A DNA stretch of 64,000 nucleotides from an uncultured Clostridia bacterium (GCA_946500295.1 CAMMVF010000014.1:959-64958), one strand, 5' to 3'. Shown: positions 18,875 through 28,041, numbered from the stretch's first letter. The notes: generated by a model not told the origin, from the letters alone. Numbers and translations are program-made.

Positions 18875-20340
18875 TGGCGACCGTGACATATATCCGTGAG
18901 TCAAAACAATCAATAAGTGCGATGAAAGGTGTAATTGATTACTGTTGTCAGGATAAGAAAGTCTATGATGAGATTTCAAATCAAAGACTTGTCAGCGGAA
19001 TTAATTGTGACGGTGAAAATGCATTCAAAGAGTTTATGGCTACTAAAAAGTCATACGGTAAAAACGACGGTATGAATTTCTATCAGTATGTTCAATCCTT
19101 CTCACCTGAAGCAAATATTACTCCGCAGAAAGCTCATGAGGTTGCATTAGAGTTTGCCGAAAAAGCGTGGACAGGATATGAAGTTTTAGTTGCCACTCAT
19201 TGTGATGTACAGCATATTCATTCACACTTTGTAATCAACTCTGTTAGTTTTGAAAATGGTAAAAAGCTTCGTCAGAATCCAAACACGCTCAAATCGTTTC
19301 GAGCATTGAGTGATGAAATTTGTAGGCATCATAATCTTTCAACTCTTGTGCCTTACAACAAGGACTGTATGAAAATTTCAACAAGAGAATACCGCACGGC
19401 AGTAAAAGGTCAGAGTTGGAAATTTAAACTGATGAACGACATAGACAAAGCTATGAACATAAGCGGAAGCAAGGAAGATTTTATAAACGCAATGTCAATT
19501 ATGGGTTACTCGGTAACATGGACTGATGACAGGAAATACATCACCTATCAATGTCCTAACAAAATGAAGTGCAGAGATATTAAACTGCACAACGACAAAT
19601 ATTTGAAAGGAAGTATGGAAAATGAATTCAGATACAGGCAAGAACAATATTTTGGAAAGTCTCAAGCAGATGAACAGCAATTCATTGACAGCGATAGAAC
19701 TGCTCTCGGGAGAAACGAAAGTGATTTCGATTCCGTCACAGGTGAGAGAGGAAGAACTCACCCTGTTGAGAACGGCAATAACATTTCAGCCGGAACTGTA
19801 CAACATGATTTCAAAAATCTCAACGGACGACCAGATGGTGGACTATTTGGAAAGAATTCTGGAAATCAACAAAGACAATATGAAAACGATCTCACAGAAT
19901 TGTCTGACGGAGCTGAAGAAAGTTTCAGAACAGACGCTGAAAGAAATCAAGTCGGTGCAAACGCAGATGACGAAATCTATCGAACAGGCTGGGAAGATTC
20001 AAGAAGAAATTTTGAACAATACCTTGCAAAAAGGTCAGGAGTTGGAATCGGCAATAGCATCACAGGTGAAGAAGTCAACACTCCTGACAACTCTAAAATG
20101 GATAGCAATAACCATACTGTCCTCGGCTGTGTCAACTCTCTTGCTGAATCACTTTCTCGGATAGTAGATGATGAATCGGAGGATGAAGAAGAACGCAAAA
20201 AAAGAATTGCAGCCGAGCAAAACGGTAGTGATATTGGTACAGCAATAGGACTTGCTGTAGGTGTGCTTGCAGGTGCAATATCAAAAGAAGAAAATATTGA
20301 ATATGAAGATGAAGAATCAGAATTTAATATGAGCCTATAA
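18874..20340 (+). CDS. Relaxase/mobilization nuclease (MOBP-type)
   Basis: N-terminal ...DY.., QYVQSFSP, ATHCDVQHIHSHFVINSV HUH motif. Confidence 0.9.
   Translation: MATVTYIRESKQSISAMKGVIDYCCQDKKVYDEISNQRLVSGINCDGENAFKEFMATKKSYGKNDGMNFYQYVQSFSPEANITPQKAHEVALEFAEKAWTGYEVLVATHCDVQHIHSHFVINSVSFENGKKLRQNPNTLKSFRALSDEICRHHNLSTLVPYNKDCMKISTREYRTAVKGQSWKFKLMNDIDKAMNISGSKEDFINAMSIMGYSVTWTDDRKYITYQCPNKMKCRDIKLHNDKYLKGSMENEFRYRQEQYFGKSQADEQQFIDSDRTALGRNESDFDSVTGERGRTHPVENGNNISAGTVQHDFKNLNGRPDGGLFGKNSGNQQRQYENDLTELSDGAEESFRTDAERNQVGANADDEIYRTGWEDSRRNFEQYLAKRSGVGIGNSITGEEVNTPDNSKMDSNNHTVLGCVNSLAESLSRIVDDESEDEEERKKRIAAEQNGSDIGTAIGLAVGVLAGAISKEENIEYEDEESEFNMSL
19622..20164 (+). CDS. Overprinted ORF in the +1 frame of the relaxase; coiled coil plus C-terminal hydrophobic anchor (MobB-like)
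   Basis: 180 codons open, AAAGGAAG RBS 8 nt upstream, ends KWIAITILSSAVSTLLLNHFLG. Confidence 0.65.
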   Translation: MNSDTGKNNILESLKQMNSNSLTAIELLSGETKVISIPSQVREEELTLLRTAITFQPELYNMISKISTDDQMVDYLERILEINKDNMKTISQNCLTELKKVSEQTLKEIKSVQTQMTKSIEQAGKIQEEILNNTLQKGQELESAIASQVKKSTLLTTLKWIAITILSSAVSTLLLNHFLG

Positions 20341-20447
20341 TCTTATCTATGAAAAGAGGATTTTATTATGTACAAATTAAGTATTAAAATACCAGTGGTA
20401 AAGGAGTGAAGATGGAAAAATAATTAAGCGTTGAGCCGTGTTGACTT

Positions 20448-20618
20448 ATGGCACGAAAAGAAAATCCTATTATTGTTGAATCAGTTGAATTTGATTACGT
20501 AGGAACAGACGAGCAGTTCAATGCTTTTCTGAAAAGTGTAATAAAGGATTACCTTACGGAAAATAATCTGTTGCCTGATGACTATGATGATAAAATTAAT
20601 TTCAAAAAATCAGCATAA
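20448..20618 (+). CDS. 56-aa protein upstream of the recombinase (not in ORF track)
   Basis: MARKENPIIVESVEFDYVGTDEQFNAFLKSVIKDYLTENNLLPDDYDDKINFKKSA; RBS weak. Confidence 0.55.
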   Translation: MARKENPIIVESVEFDYVGTDEQFNAFLKSVIKDYLTENNLLPDDYDDKINFKKSA

Positions 20619-20714
20619 TATCTGGATATTATAGAAAAGTTGTGATATGTTGTGGTTGCACCGAGGTGGTGTGACCACAACATTCATATGATAAAAACGG
20701 AGAGGAGAATGATT

Positions 20715-22322
20715 ATGAAGGTGTGGTTGTATTACAGACTGTCAAGAGATGAAGATGCTGAGCTCAATTCTCTTAACAATCAGCGTAACATTTTAGTAGA
20801 ATACGCAAACGCTAATAATCACGAAATCGTGGGCGAGTCCTTCGATGATAATGTAAGCGGTATGCACTTCAATCGTGAGGGTATCAGCAAAATCTATGAA
20901 CAGGTCGAGAATAAGGCAATTGAAGCAATCATTGTAAAAGACTTATCCCGACTAGGCAGACACAGAACACAGACTGCTATGTTCATAGATTATCTTCGTG
21001 AACACGATGTCAGAGTGCTTTCTGTTACAGAAAACATTGACACAAGCAATGAAGATGATGATCTGATGATTGGTTTCAAGGGAATTTTCAATGATATGTA
21101 CGCCCGTGATATTTCAAAGAAAATCCGTGCAGGCTACAAGCAGAAACAGAAAAACGGCATTGTGATTACAGTACCGCTTGGATATTTTAAGGATAAGAAT
21201 ACAAATGAAATTGTAGTTGTTGAGGAAGAAGCAGAGATTGTCAGAAAGATATTTGACCTCTACCTATCAGGCTACGGTTTAAAAGCAATAGCCAAAAAGC
21301 TGAATGATGAGGGCATAAAATCACCGCAGTATTATCAGAACAAAATGTATAACAAGAAACTTCCGAGTAACAAGCCTGAAATTACGGGTAGGTACTTATG
21401 GGTGAACACAACGGTAAAACGGATTTTGCAGAATGAGTTTTACATAGGAACCGTAACCTGTCACAAGACCTATACCAGTAAAATTAATCATATTAGGAAG
21501 GCTTTGCCCGAGGATGAACAATTTAAACACGAAAATTTTGCACCTGCCATTATCTCAAAGGAGAAATGGGAACAGGTGCAATTTTTATTATCTTCAAAGC
21601 ATAACAATAATGTCCGAGCAAGCTCAAGTAATCCTTGCCACCGCTACACAGGACTCATAGAATGCGGTGACTGCGGTTGCACATTCGTATGTAAAAAGCG
21701 TAAGTGGAAAGATAAACCCGAACGCATCGAATACAACTGCAACGGCTATCATCGCTATGGCAAGGAACATTGCACGGCACACAGGATTGATGAAGAATAT
21801 TTAGATAAGATGATTTATGACGAGCTTATGTCTATCAAAGATGAAGCACTTGCAAACTACAAATCAATAGAATCGGATGTCAAGAAATGGATGAGCAACA
21901 AGGGGACAGTTACTAATAAACTGAAACAGCTCAATACAAGCCTTGAACAGCGCAAATCTGACCAAAAAGAAATCCTGCTTGAGAGAATCAGGGATAGGGA
22001 ACACGCAGATATCTACACAGAAATGCTTGAAAAATGTGAATCGGATATTCAAAAGCTTGAGAATGAAATCAAGTCCATTCAGGATTACAACTCAACTATC
22101 AAAAAGCGCAAAGCTGAAATGAAAGACAGCGTTGAAATCATTGAAGAAATTATCAAGGAAGGAGCAATCAGTGACGCAAACCTCAGATTGCTTGTAGATA
22201 AAATAATAATCTTTGAAAAAGATAAAAAACTGAGTATCAAAATCAAGTTAAATGCAAAATTTCAACGACATAAGGATTGTTATAATGATAATGGAATAGT
22301 TTCAGAAAAGATATTCATATAA
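20715..22322 (+). CDS. Large serine recombinase (integrase)
   Basis: YYRLSRDED catalytic Ser, DDNVSG, KDLSRLGR, recombinase domain, CGDCG..YNC..HC Zn ribbon, coiled coil; GAGGAG RBS. Confidence 0.92.
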   Translation: MKVWLYYRLSRDEDAELNSLNNQRNILVEYANANNHEIVGESFDDNVSGMHFNREGISKIYEQVENKAIEAIIVKDLSRLGRHRTQTAMFIDYLREHDVRVLSVTENIDTSNEDDDLMIGFKGIFNDMYARDISKKIRAGYKQKQKNGIVITVPLGYFKDKNTNEIVVVEEEAEIVRKIFDLYLSGYGLKAIAKKLNDEGIKSPQYYQNKMYNKKLPSNKPEITGRYLWVNTTVKRILQNEFYIGTVTCHKTYTSKINHIRKALPEDEQFKHENFAPAIISKEKWEQVQFLLSSKHNNNVRASSSNPCHRYTGLIECGDCGCTFVCKKRKWKDKPERIEYNCNGYHRYGKEHCTAHRIDEEYLDKMIYDELMSIKDEALANYKSIESDVKKWMSNKGTVTNKLKQLNTSLEQRKSDQKEILLERIRDREHADIYTEMLEKCESDIQKLENEIKSIQDYNSTIKKRKAEMKDSVEIIEEIIKEGAISDANLRLLVDKIIIFEKDKKLSIKIKLNAKFQRHKDCYNDNGIVSEKIFI

Positions 22323-22382
22323 ATAAAGCAAAATTATTGACACGATGTTGCTTTTGATTATATAATTTTTTATGGTGATAAA

Positions 22383-23084
22383 ATGATAAAAGTTGCATTT
22401 TGTGATGATGAAACTAAAATTTTAGAGGATTTATCTGTAAAGATAAAGAAAGAATTTGAAAAGATTAATTGTGAAATTGATTTATATACAACAGAAAACT
22501 CAATCGGGCTTCTTGAATATCTGAAAAGTTGTCCTGTTGATATTCTGTTTCTGGATATTGATATGCCGACAATCAGCGGTATGGATATTGCAGAAGCTCT
22601 GCTCAACAGCGAAATAAAAACACTCATTGTCTTTGTTACAGGTCAGGATGCCCTTGTGTATAAATCCTTTAAATATCATCCCTTCGGATTTATAAGAAAG
22701 ACATATTTTGATGAAGAAATTACGGGAGTTGTAAAAGGCTTGATTGAGGAAATACAAAAAAGCTCTGATACATTCTTCTTCAAAACTAACGATAGCTTTA
22801 ACAGAATCAAGCTTAAGGATATTCTGTATTTTGAATCCGAGTCAAATTATCTTAATCTGCATACTGCAAATACTGTTTACAAATTCAGAAGTACCCTTTC
22901 AGCAATTGAAAAAGAGCTTTCAGCAAAGGGTTTTATCCGCACTCATAAAGGATTTCTTGTGAATCAGGAGCATATCTTTTCAGTCAAATCCGAGAATATT
23001 GTTCTCAGCAGCAATGTCGTCCTACCAATCGGCAGAACAAACAGAGATGTAATAAAAGCTCGCATTATGAGGTATATGAGATGA
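22383..23084 (+). CDS. LytTR-family response regulator
   Basis: FCDDE, FLDIDMP..SG, VFVT, HPFGFIRK, FIRTHKGFLVN. Confidence 0.9.
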   Translation: MIKVAFCDDETKILEDLSVKIKKEFEKINCEIDLYTTENSIGLLEYLKSCPVDILFLDIDMPTISGMDIAEALLNSEIKTLIVFVTGQDALVYKSFKYHPFGFIRKTYFDEEITGVVKGLIEEIQKSSDTFFFKTNDSFNRIKLKDILYFESESNYLNLHTANTVYKFRSTLSAIEKELSAKGFIRTHKGFLVNQEHIFSVKSENIVLSSNVVLPIGRTNRDVIKARIMRYMR

Positions 23085-23806
23085 TCGGAAAATATAAAAA
23101 GCTCAAGCAGGATTTTGAAAATCTTGAAAAGGAATATTCAAGAGAGGTTGCAAAAAATCTCGACTTGCAATACGAATACGACAACCTGAAAGCTGATTAT
23201 ACAAACGAATCGACTCAGCGTGCGGAAATTGAGAGGCTTCACGAAAACACACGAAGGCTCAAGCACGATATGAAAAATCATATTATGGTGGCTGTATCCT
23301 ATCTTAACAACGGAGAGATTGAACAGGCTAAGAATTATCTTTCAGATGTGCTTGATAATCTGAACAAAACCTATTCCTACATTCAGACCGGTAATTCTGT
23401 TATGAATTATATTATCAATTCAAAGCTTGAAAAAGCACATAGCAAGGGAATTGGATTTAAGGCAGAAATAGAAAATCTCCCCTTTGAAAAAATGGGAAGT
23501 GTTGATTTTTCTGCATTGCTTTCAAATATACTTGATAATGCCGTTGAGGCAAGTGAAAAGACAACAGATAAGTTTATCTGTGTTGCGATTCTCAAAAAGC
23601 GTGCTTATGATACAATCCTCGTAAAAAACAAGATTGATAACTCCGTGCTTGAAACAAATCCCGAGCTTAAATCAAGTAAAAATAATACAGAACAACACGG
23701 CTACGGTATAAAGCAGATAAAGACAATAGCCGAAAAATATGATGGTATAGTTGACATTTATGAAGAGGACAATATGTTCTGCGTGAATGTGATGATACCT
23801 AGCTGA
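23081..23806 (+). CDS. GHKL histidine kinase (AgrC-like) lacking a membrane sensor domain
   Basis: HDMKNH, NILDNAVEA, HGYGIKQIK; no hydrophobic segment. Confidence 0.85.
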   Translation: MIGKYKKLKQDFENLEKEYSREVAKNLDLQYEYDNLKADYTNESTQRAEIERLHENTRRLKHDMKNHIMVAVSYLNNGEIEQAKNYLSDVLDNLNKTYSYIQTGNSVMNYIINSKLEKAHSKGIGFKAEIENLPFEKMGSVDFSALLSNILDNAVEASEKTTDKFICVAILKKRAYDTILVKNKIDNSVLETNPELKSSKNNTEQHGYGIKQIKTIAEKYDGIVDIYEEDNMFCVNVMIPS

Positions 23807-23809
23807 ATC

Positions 23810-23840
23810 AGACTGTTTCAAATGAAGCAGTCTTTTTTAT
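23810..23840 (+). terminator. Rho-independent terminator
   Basis: agactgtttc-aaat-gaagcagtct plus T-tract. Confidence 0.6.
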
Positions 23841-24008
23841 TTAACAGGAAACTGCGTATAAGTAAGCTGTCAGGAAAAACAAAAAAGCCAATTCCTTTTT
23901 CAAAATTTGTGTCAAGGCTCTTGCTTTTTGTCACAGTTCAGAAGCAGTTTATCCCAAATGGATTGTAAATTATCAAGTATATGTTTATTATTAATTCAGG
24001 TGAAGAAA

Positions 24009-24965
24009 ATGATTATAGCCAAAAACTTAAGCAAGGAATTTCACAATAACATCAAAGTGGTGAATAATCTTTCGTTTCATATTAACAAGGGTGAAACAGT
24101 CGGGCTAATAGGCGCAAACGGTGCAGGCAAAACAACACTTATAAAGCTTATTTCAGGCTTGTTAATACCCGACAGTGGCTTTGTCAGAATTTTTGAGGAT
24201 AACCCGCTTGCAAGGAAAGCTAAAAACGGGCCGTTTATGGGTGTAGTGTCAGGTCAGAGGCCCTCAGGAACCTATGATAACGGCAAGGGTGCAAACACCG
24301 CGACCTTGCAGGAGGATTTAACGGTTGAACTGAATATGGAGCTTGTAAAGGCAATTTACAGAATTCCCGATGACAGATATAATAAAAAGCTTTCTAAGCT
24401 TACAGACGCTCTTAGATTAAACTCTTTTATGAAATACCGTGTTGACCAGCTTTCATTAGGTCAGCGTATGCGTGCAGAAATAGCTGTTGTACTGCTTTAT
24501 GAGCCTGAACTTCTTATACTTGACGAACCGTTTATCGGGGTTGACCTGATAGCCAAGGAATCAATAAGGCAAATTCTTCAAAAAATGTCCAAGGATAAGA
24601 ACACCACAATAATTCTTACCACACACAATGTAGAAGAAATTGAGAAAATCTGTGAAAGGGTAATCTTAATAGACAAAGGCAGTATGGTTTTTAACGGAAG
24701 CTTTGACCGTATAAAGTATTCTCACGCAAGTATCAATTCATTAAGTGCCGAGCTTACGGATAAAATTCCCGATATGCAAGATTTGCCTGTGACTAAATAC
24801 ACGATTGAAAATAAAAAAATTACCCTTTGGTACGACAGTAAGGTTATCAGCACCAAAGATCTAACCGCATACATTTTATCGCAGTGCAAGGTTAAGGATT
24901 TGCTGATAAGAAAACCTACTGTTGAAGAAATTATCAGAAATATATATGAGGAGGACTCAGAGTGA
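24009..24965 (+). CDS. ABC transporter ATP-binding protein
   Basis: GANGAGKT, LSLGQ, LILDEP. Confidence 0.9.
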   Translation: MIIAKNLSKEFHNNIKVVNNLSFHINKGETVGLIGANGAGKTTLIKLISGLLIPDSGFVRIFEDNPLARKAKNGPFMGVVSGQRPSGTYDNGKGANTATLQEDLTVELNMELVKAIYRIPDDRYNKKLSKLTDALRLNSFMKYRVDQLSLGQRMRAEIAVVLLYEPELLILDEPFIGVDLIAKESIRQILQKMSKDKNTTIILTTHNVEEIEKICERVILIDKGSMVFNGSFDRIKYSHASINSLSAELTDKIPDMQDLPVTKYTIENKKITLWYDSKVISTKDLTAYILSQCKVKDLLIRKPTVEEIIRNIYEEDSE

Positions 24966-25963
24966 GTAAAACTATAATTGATGTACAGAACATAAGCAAA
25001 ACCTTCAAAATCACAAAGAGAAAAACAGGATTTAAAGGTGCGTTAGCAAACATATTTCATCCTGAGCACGAATACAAGAAAGCTGTAAACGACATCAACT
25101 TTAATATAAAAGAGGGTGAGATGGTAGGCTTTATCGGACCTAACGGAGCCGGAAAGTCAACTACCGTCAAAATGCTTTCAGGTATTCTGTATCCTGACAG
25201 CGGAAATATTAATATCGCAGGATATATTCCCCACAAACAGCGTAAGGAATATGTTGCCAATATCGGTGTAATGTTCGGTCAGAAATCGCAGATTTCATGG
25301 GATTTATCACCGCTTGACAGCTACGAGGTTATCAAGCATATCTATAAAATTCCCGATAAGAAATATAAAGAAAATATTGAACGCTTTACAGAGCTTCTTG
25401 ATATGCAGAAATTCATCAATCAGCCTGTTCGCCAACTATCATTAGGTCAGCGAATGAGGGCAGATATTGCGGCGGCGCTTCTTCACTCGCCTAAAATAGT
25501 TTTCTTTGATGAGCCCACAATCGGAATTGATGTTGTGGGTAAGGAAAAAATCCGCAGTTTTATAAAAACTCTTAATAAGACTGATAACATCACTATGATT
25601 TTTACAACTCACGATATGCAGGATATTGAAAAGACCTGTGAGCGCCTGATAATTATTGATGACGGAAAAAAGCTATATGACGGAAGCTTTGACGCTATAA
25701 AAAGCAATTATGTTTCATCACGAATTATAGAAGCAGAGTTTGAACAGCTGCCTGAAAAAATTGATATTCCGTATGTTACTGTCAGTGATGTTGATAAAAA
25801 CAGAATGAAAAAGGTCATCACATTTGATACCAGCAAAACAAGCATAAATTCGTTGATGAGTACCCTGCTCAACAATTACAGCATCAAGGATATTTCAGTA
25901 AAAGAGCCTGAAATTGATGCGATAATCAGTGATATTTATCAGGGCAAAATCATTGTACATTGA
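24962..25963 (+). CDS. ABC transporter ATP-binding protein
   Basis: GPNGAGKS, LSLGQ, FFDEPT. Confidence 0.9.
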   Translation: MSKTIIDVQNISKTFKITKRKTGFKGALANIFHPEHEYKKAVNDINFNIKEGEMVGFIGPNGAGKSTTVKMLSGILYPDSGNINIAGYIPHKQRKEYVANIGVMFGQKSQISWDLSPLDSYEVIKHIYKIPDKKYKENIERFTELLDMQKFINQPVRQLSLGQRMRADIAAALLHSPKIVFFDEPTIGIDVVGKEKIRSFIKTLNKTDNITMIFTTHDMQDIEKTCERLIIIDDGKKLYDGSFDAIKSNYVSSRIIEAEFEQLPEKIDIPYVTVSDVDKNRMKKVITFDTSKTSINSLMSTLLNNYSIKDISVKEPEIDAIISDIYQGKIIVH

Positions 25964-25978
25964 GTACGGAGGTGCAAA

Positions 25979-26767
25979 ATGAGTACTTACATACAATTTG
26001 CCGCCATTAAATTCAGGAATAATATGGCTTACCGTTTTGAGTACATAATGGGGATTCTGAATACTGTTCTGAATTTTTTGGTGTATTGGTGTATATACAA
26101 GGCTTTGTATGGCGGAGCAAATGAGATTGACGGAATTACCTTTTCAATGGTAACTACAAACTTTATAATTTCGCTCGGTTTGACAAATGCTTTTTCAAAA
26201 AATGAAATGTTTTTACAGGATAAAATCAAACAGGGAACAATAGCAAACGAGCTTCTTAAGCCTGTGAATTTTAAATTCAGAATGCTGTTTGAGGATTTGG
26301 GTGACGGCTTTTTTAAAGTGGTTTTCAATTTTCTGCCTGCTGTGATAATTGCAATGCTTTTTACTGAAATGATGCCGCCTGCCAGAATTTTTGGCTTTGT
26401 TCTCTGCCTCGTCAGTGCAGTGCTGGGATATATTGTATTGTGGTATATAAGCTTTATAGTTCAGACCTTGGCTTTCTGGCTGTTTAATGTCTGGGGATTG
26501 ATTACAATAAAAAATGTAATAGTAAATATTTTCTCGGGTGCTTTACTTCCGCTTTGGTTTATGCCACAACCTGTTCTGAATATTATTAAGTTCACACCGT
26601 TTGATTCTATTTACTTCACACCTGTTCAGCTGTATCTCGGACAACTGCAGGGTTATGAAATACTGTTGAATTTTGGTAGGCAGGTTTTGTGGATAGCAAT
26701 ACTTTATTTTATCGGCGAGCTTTTGTGGAATAAAGGAATCAAAAGACTTATAGTGCAGGGAGGATAA
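25979..26767 (+). CDS. ABC-2 family permease
   Basis: Multiple TM segments, GTIANELLKP, FSGALLPLWFMP. Confidence 0.85.
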   Translation: MSTYIQFAAIKFRNNMAYRFEYIMGILNTVLNFLVYWCIYKALYGGANEIDGITFSMVTTNFIISLGLTNAFSKNEMFLQDKIKQGTIANELLKPVNFKFRMLFEDLGDGFFKVVFNFLPAVIIAMLFTEMMPPARIFGFVLCLVSAVLGYIVLWYISFIVQTLAFWLFNVWGLITIKNVIVNIFSGALLPLWFMPQPVLNIIKFTPFDSIYFTPVQLYLGQLQGYEILLNFGRQVLWIAILYFIGELLWNKGIKRLIVQGG

Positions 26768-26770
26768 GTT

Positions 26771-27577
26771 ATGAAAGATATAGTTTCTCTGTTTTTTGCT
26801 TATGCAAAATCAGGTATAAAAACACGCTTTCAATATAAGCTTGACTCCGTAGTTTCGTCTTTTGCCGTGTTTTTCAGAGAAGCGGCAGGAATTATTGCAA
26901 TGTATTTTGCTTTGCTTAAATTTGATACAATCAATAACTGGAATATCAACGAGCTTATGTTTCTGTTCAGCCTGATTTTTATTACATATGGAATTTTTAT
27001 TGTCTTTTTTATGGCTTTGCGGGACTTTTCCGACTGGATAAAGCACGGTGATATAGACAGAGTAATGGTAAGACCTCGTGGAATACTCACTCAACTTGTG
27101 CTGTGCGGTGCAGACTGGCTTGCAGCACTCGGTCACGGAACATTGGGCATTACACTTTTTATTTTGTCAGCCAATAATGTGGGTGTGGAATGGAACGCTG
27201 CGACTATTCTGTACTATGTTATTTCAATTGCAAGCGGTGTCCTTATACAAGGTGCAGTTTTTCTGTTTTTCTCAGCAATCAGCATTTATTTTATAGAAAC
27301 ACAGAGCTTAAAAGAAATTATGTACTGGAATCTGAGAAAATTTGCCGGTTATCCGATTAGCATTTATAATAAGTTCATACAGTCACTGCTGATATTTGTA
27401 GTGCCGTTTGCATTTGTGAATTACTTTCCGGCACAGTTCTTGCTGCGCAAGCCTGATATGTCGACGTATCCCGAATGGTTTATGTATATTTCACCGTTTG
27501 TAGGAATCATACTTTATATCATCGCTTACTTTTTCTGGAAGTTCAGTATGAGGTATTATAAAAGTACCGGTAATTAA
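26771..27577 (+). CDS. ABC-2 family permease
   Basis: GDIDRVMVRP, FAGYPISIY, VVPFAFVNYFP. Confidence 0.85.
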   Translation: MKDIVSLFFAYAKSGIKTRFQYKLDSVVSSFAVFFREAAGIIAMYFALLKFDTINNWNINELMFLFSLIFITYGIFIVFFMALRDFSDWIKHGDIDRVMVRPRGILTQLVLCGADWLAALGHGTLGITLFILSANNVGVEWNAATILYYVISIASGVLIQGAVFLFFSAISIYFIETQSLKEIMYWNLRKFAGYPISIYNKFIQSLLIFVVPFAFVNYFPAQFLLRKPDMSTYPEWFMYISPFVGIILYIIAYFFWKFSMRYYKSTGN

Positions 27578-27598
27578 GGTTTATTGCAAAATATAAAA

Positions 27599-27711
27599 TG
27601 GCAGACGCATAACATTAGTAAGTTTCAATTTAGCGATTATAGCTAAATTGAAGTGTGATGATTTGTACAATATAAACGACAAAATCATCACCTTATGTTA
27701 TGCGTCTGCCA
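27599..27711. other. 113-bp three-way-junction inverted-repeat structure
   Basis: 17-bp outer stem 27599-27615/27695-27711; inner hairpins 27624-27652 (11 bp) and 27655-27691 (10 bp). Confidence 0.75.
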
Positions 27712-27734
27712 ACTTAATTTTTGCTCAAAAACAA

Positions 27735-27762
27735 GAAAAAGCCCGATTAAATCGAGCTTTTC
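27735..27762 (-). terminator. Terminator downstream of tRNA-Leu
   Basis: aagcccgat-taa-atcgagctt hairpin with a minus-strand T-tract. Confidence 0.65.
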
Positions 27763-27766
27763 AGGG

Positions 27767-27851
27767 TGGTGCGGGCGACAGGACTTGAACCTGCACATCG
27801 GTTGACACTAGAACCTAAATCTAGCGCGTCTGCCAATTCCGCCACGCCCGC
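27767..27851 (-). tRNA. trnL: tRNA-Leu(TAG), intact, CCA encoded
   Basis: GCGGGCGTGGCGGAATTGGCAGACGCGCTAGATTTAGGTTCTAG...GGTTCAAGTCCTGTCGCCCGCACCA; anticodon TAG, long variable arm. Confidence 0.97.
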
Positions 27852-27895
27852 ACGTGTGTATTTCAACAAGTTAACCTTGCGAAAATCAAAATATT

Positions 27896-27958
27896 AAATT
27901 GTTTCACCGAGGTAGCGTGACCTAAATCTAGCGCGTCTGCCAATTCCGCCACGCCCGC
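27896..27958. mobile_element. attR: element P arm joined to the tRNA-Leu 5' half
   Basis: 27920-27958 is identical to 27813-27851; preceded by aaattgtttcaccgaggtagcgtg. Confidence 0.85.
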
Positions 27959-27990
27959 GAATATGTTTAATTAGAAAAATCACAAATATT

Positions 27991-28019
27991 ATTATACAAA
28001 AAAATTCATGATTTGTCAA
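27991..28019 (-). promoter_or_regulatory. Consensus tRNA promoter
   Basis: Minus-strand TTGACA (28019-28014), 17 bp, TATAAT (27996-27991). Confidence 0.85.
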
Positions 28020-28041
28020 TCACTAATTCAATATATAAATT

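Larger units (their letters stand above)
5990..27925. mobile_element. Integrative mobilizable element (~21.9 kb) inserted in tRNA-Leu(TAG)
   Basis: Flanked by the two tRNA halves; encodes AAA_25, MobC, relaxase and a large serine recombinase; visibly AT-richer than the backbone. Confidence 0.85.

Noticed and set aside
23900-23995. LytTR direct-repeat binding site upstream of the ABC operon
   Set aside because: The cagtt-containing half-sites are not at the ~21-bp spacing typical of AgrA/VirR sites.
5990-27925. Tyrosine-integrase model for the island (52-bp direct repeat)
   Set aside because: No tyrosine recombinase is encoded in the island, and the separated 5' half plus symmetric P arms fit the resident serine recombinase better.
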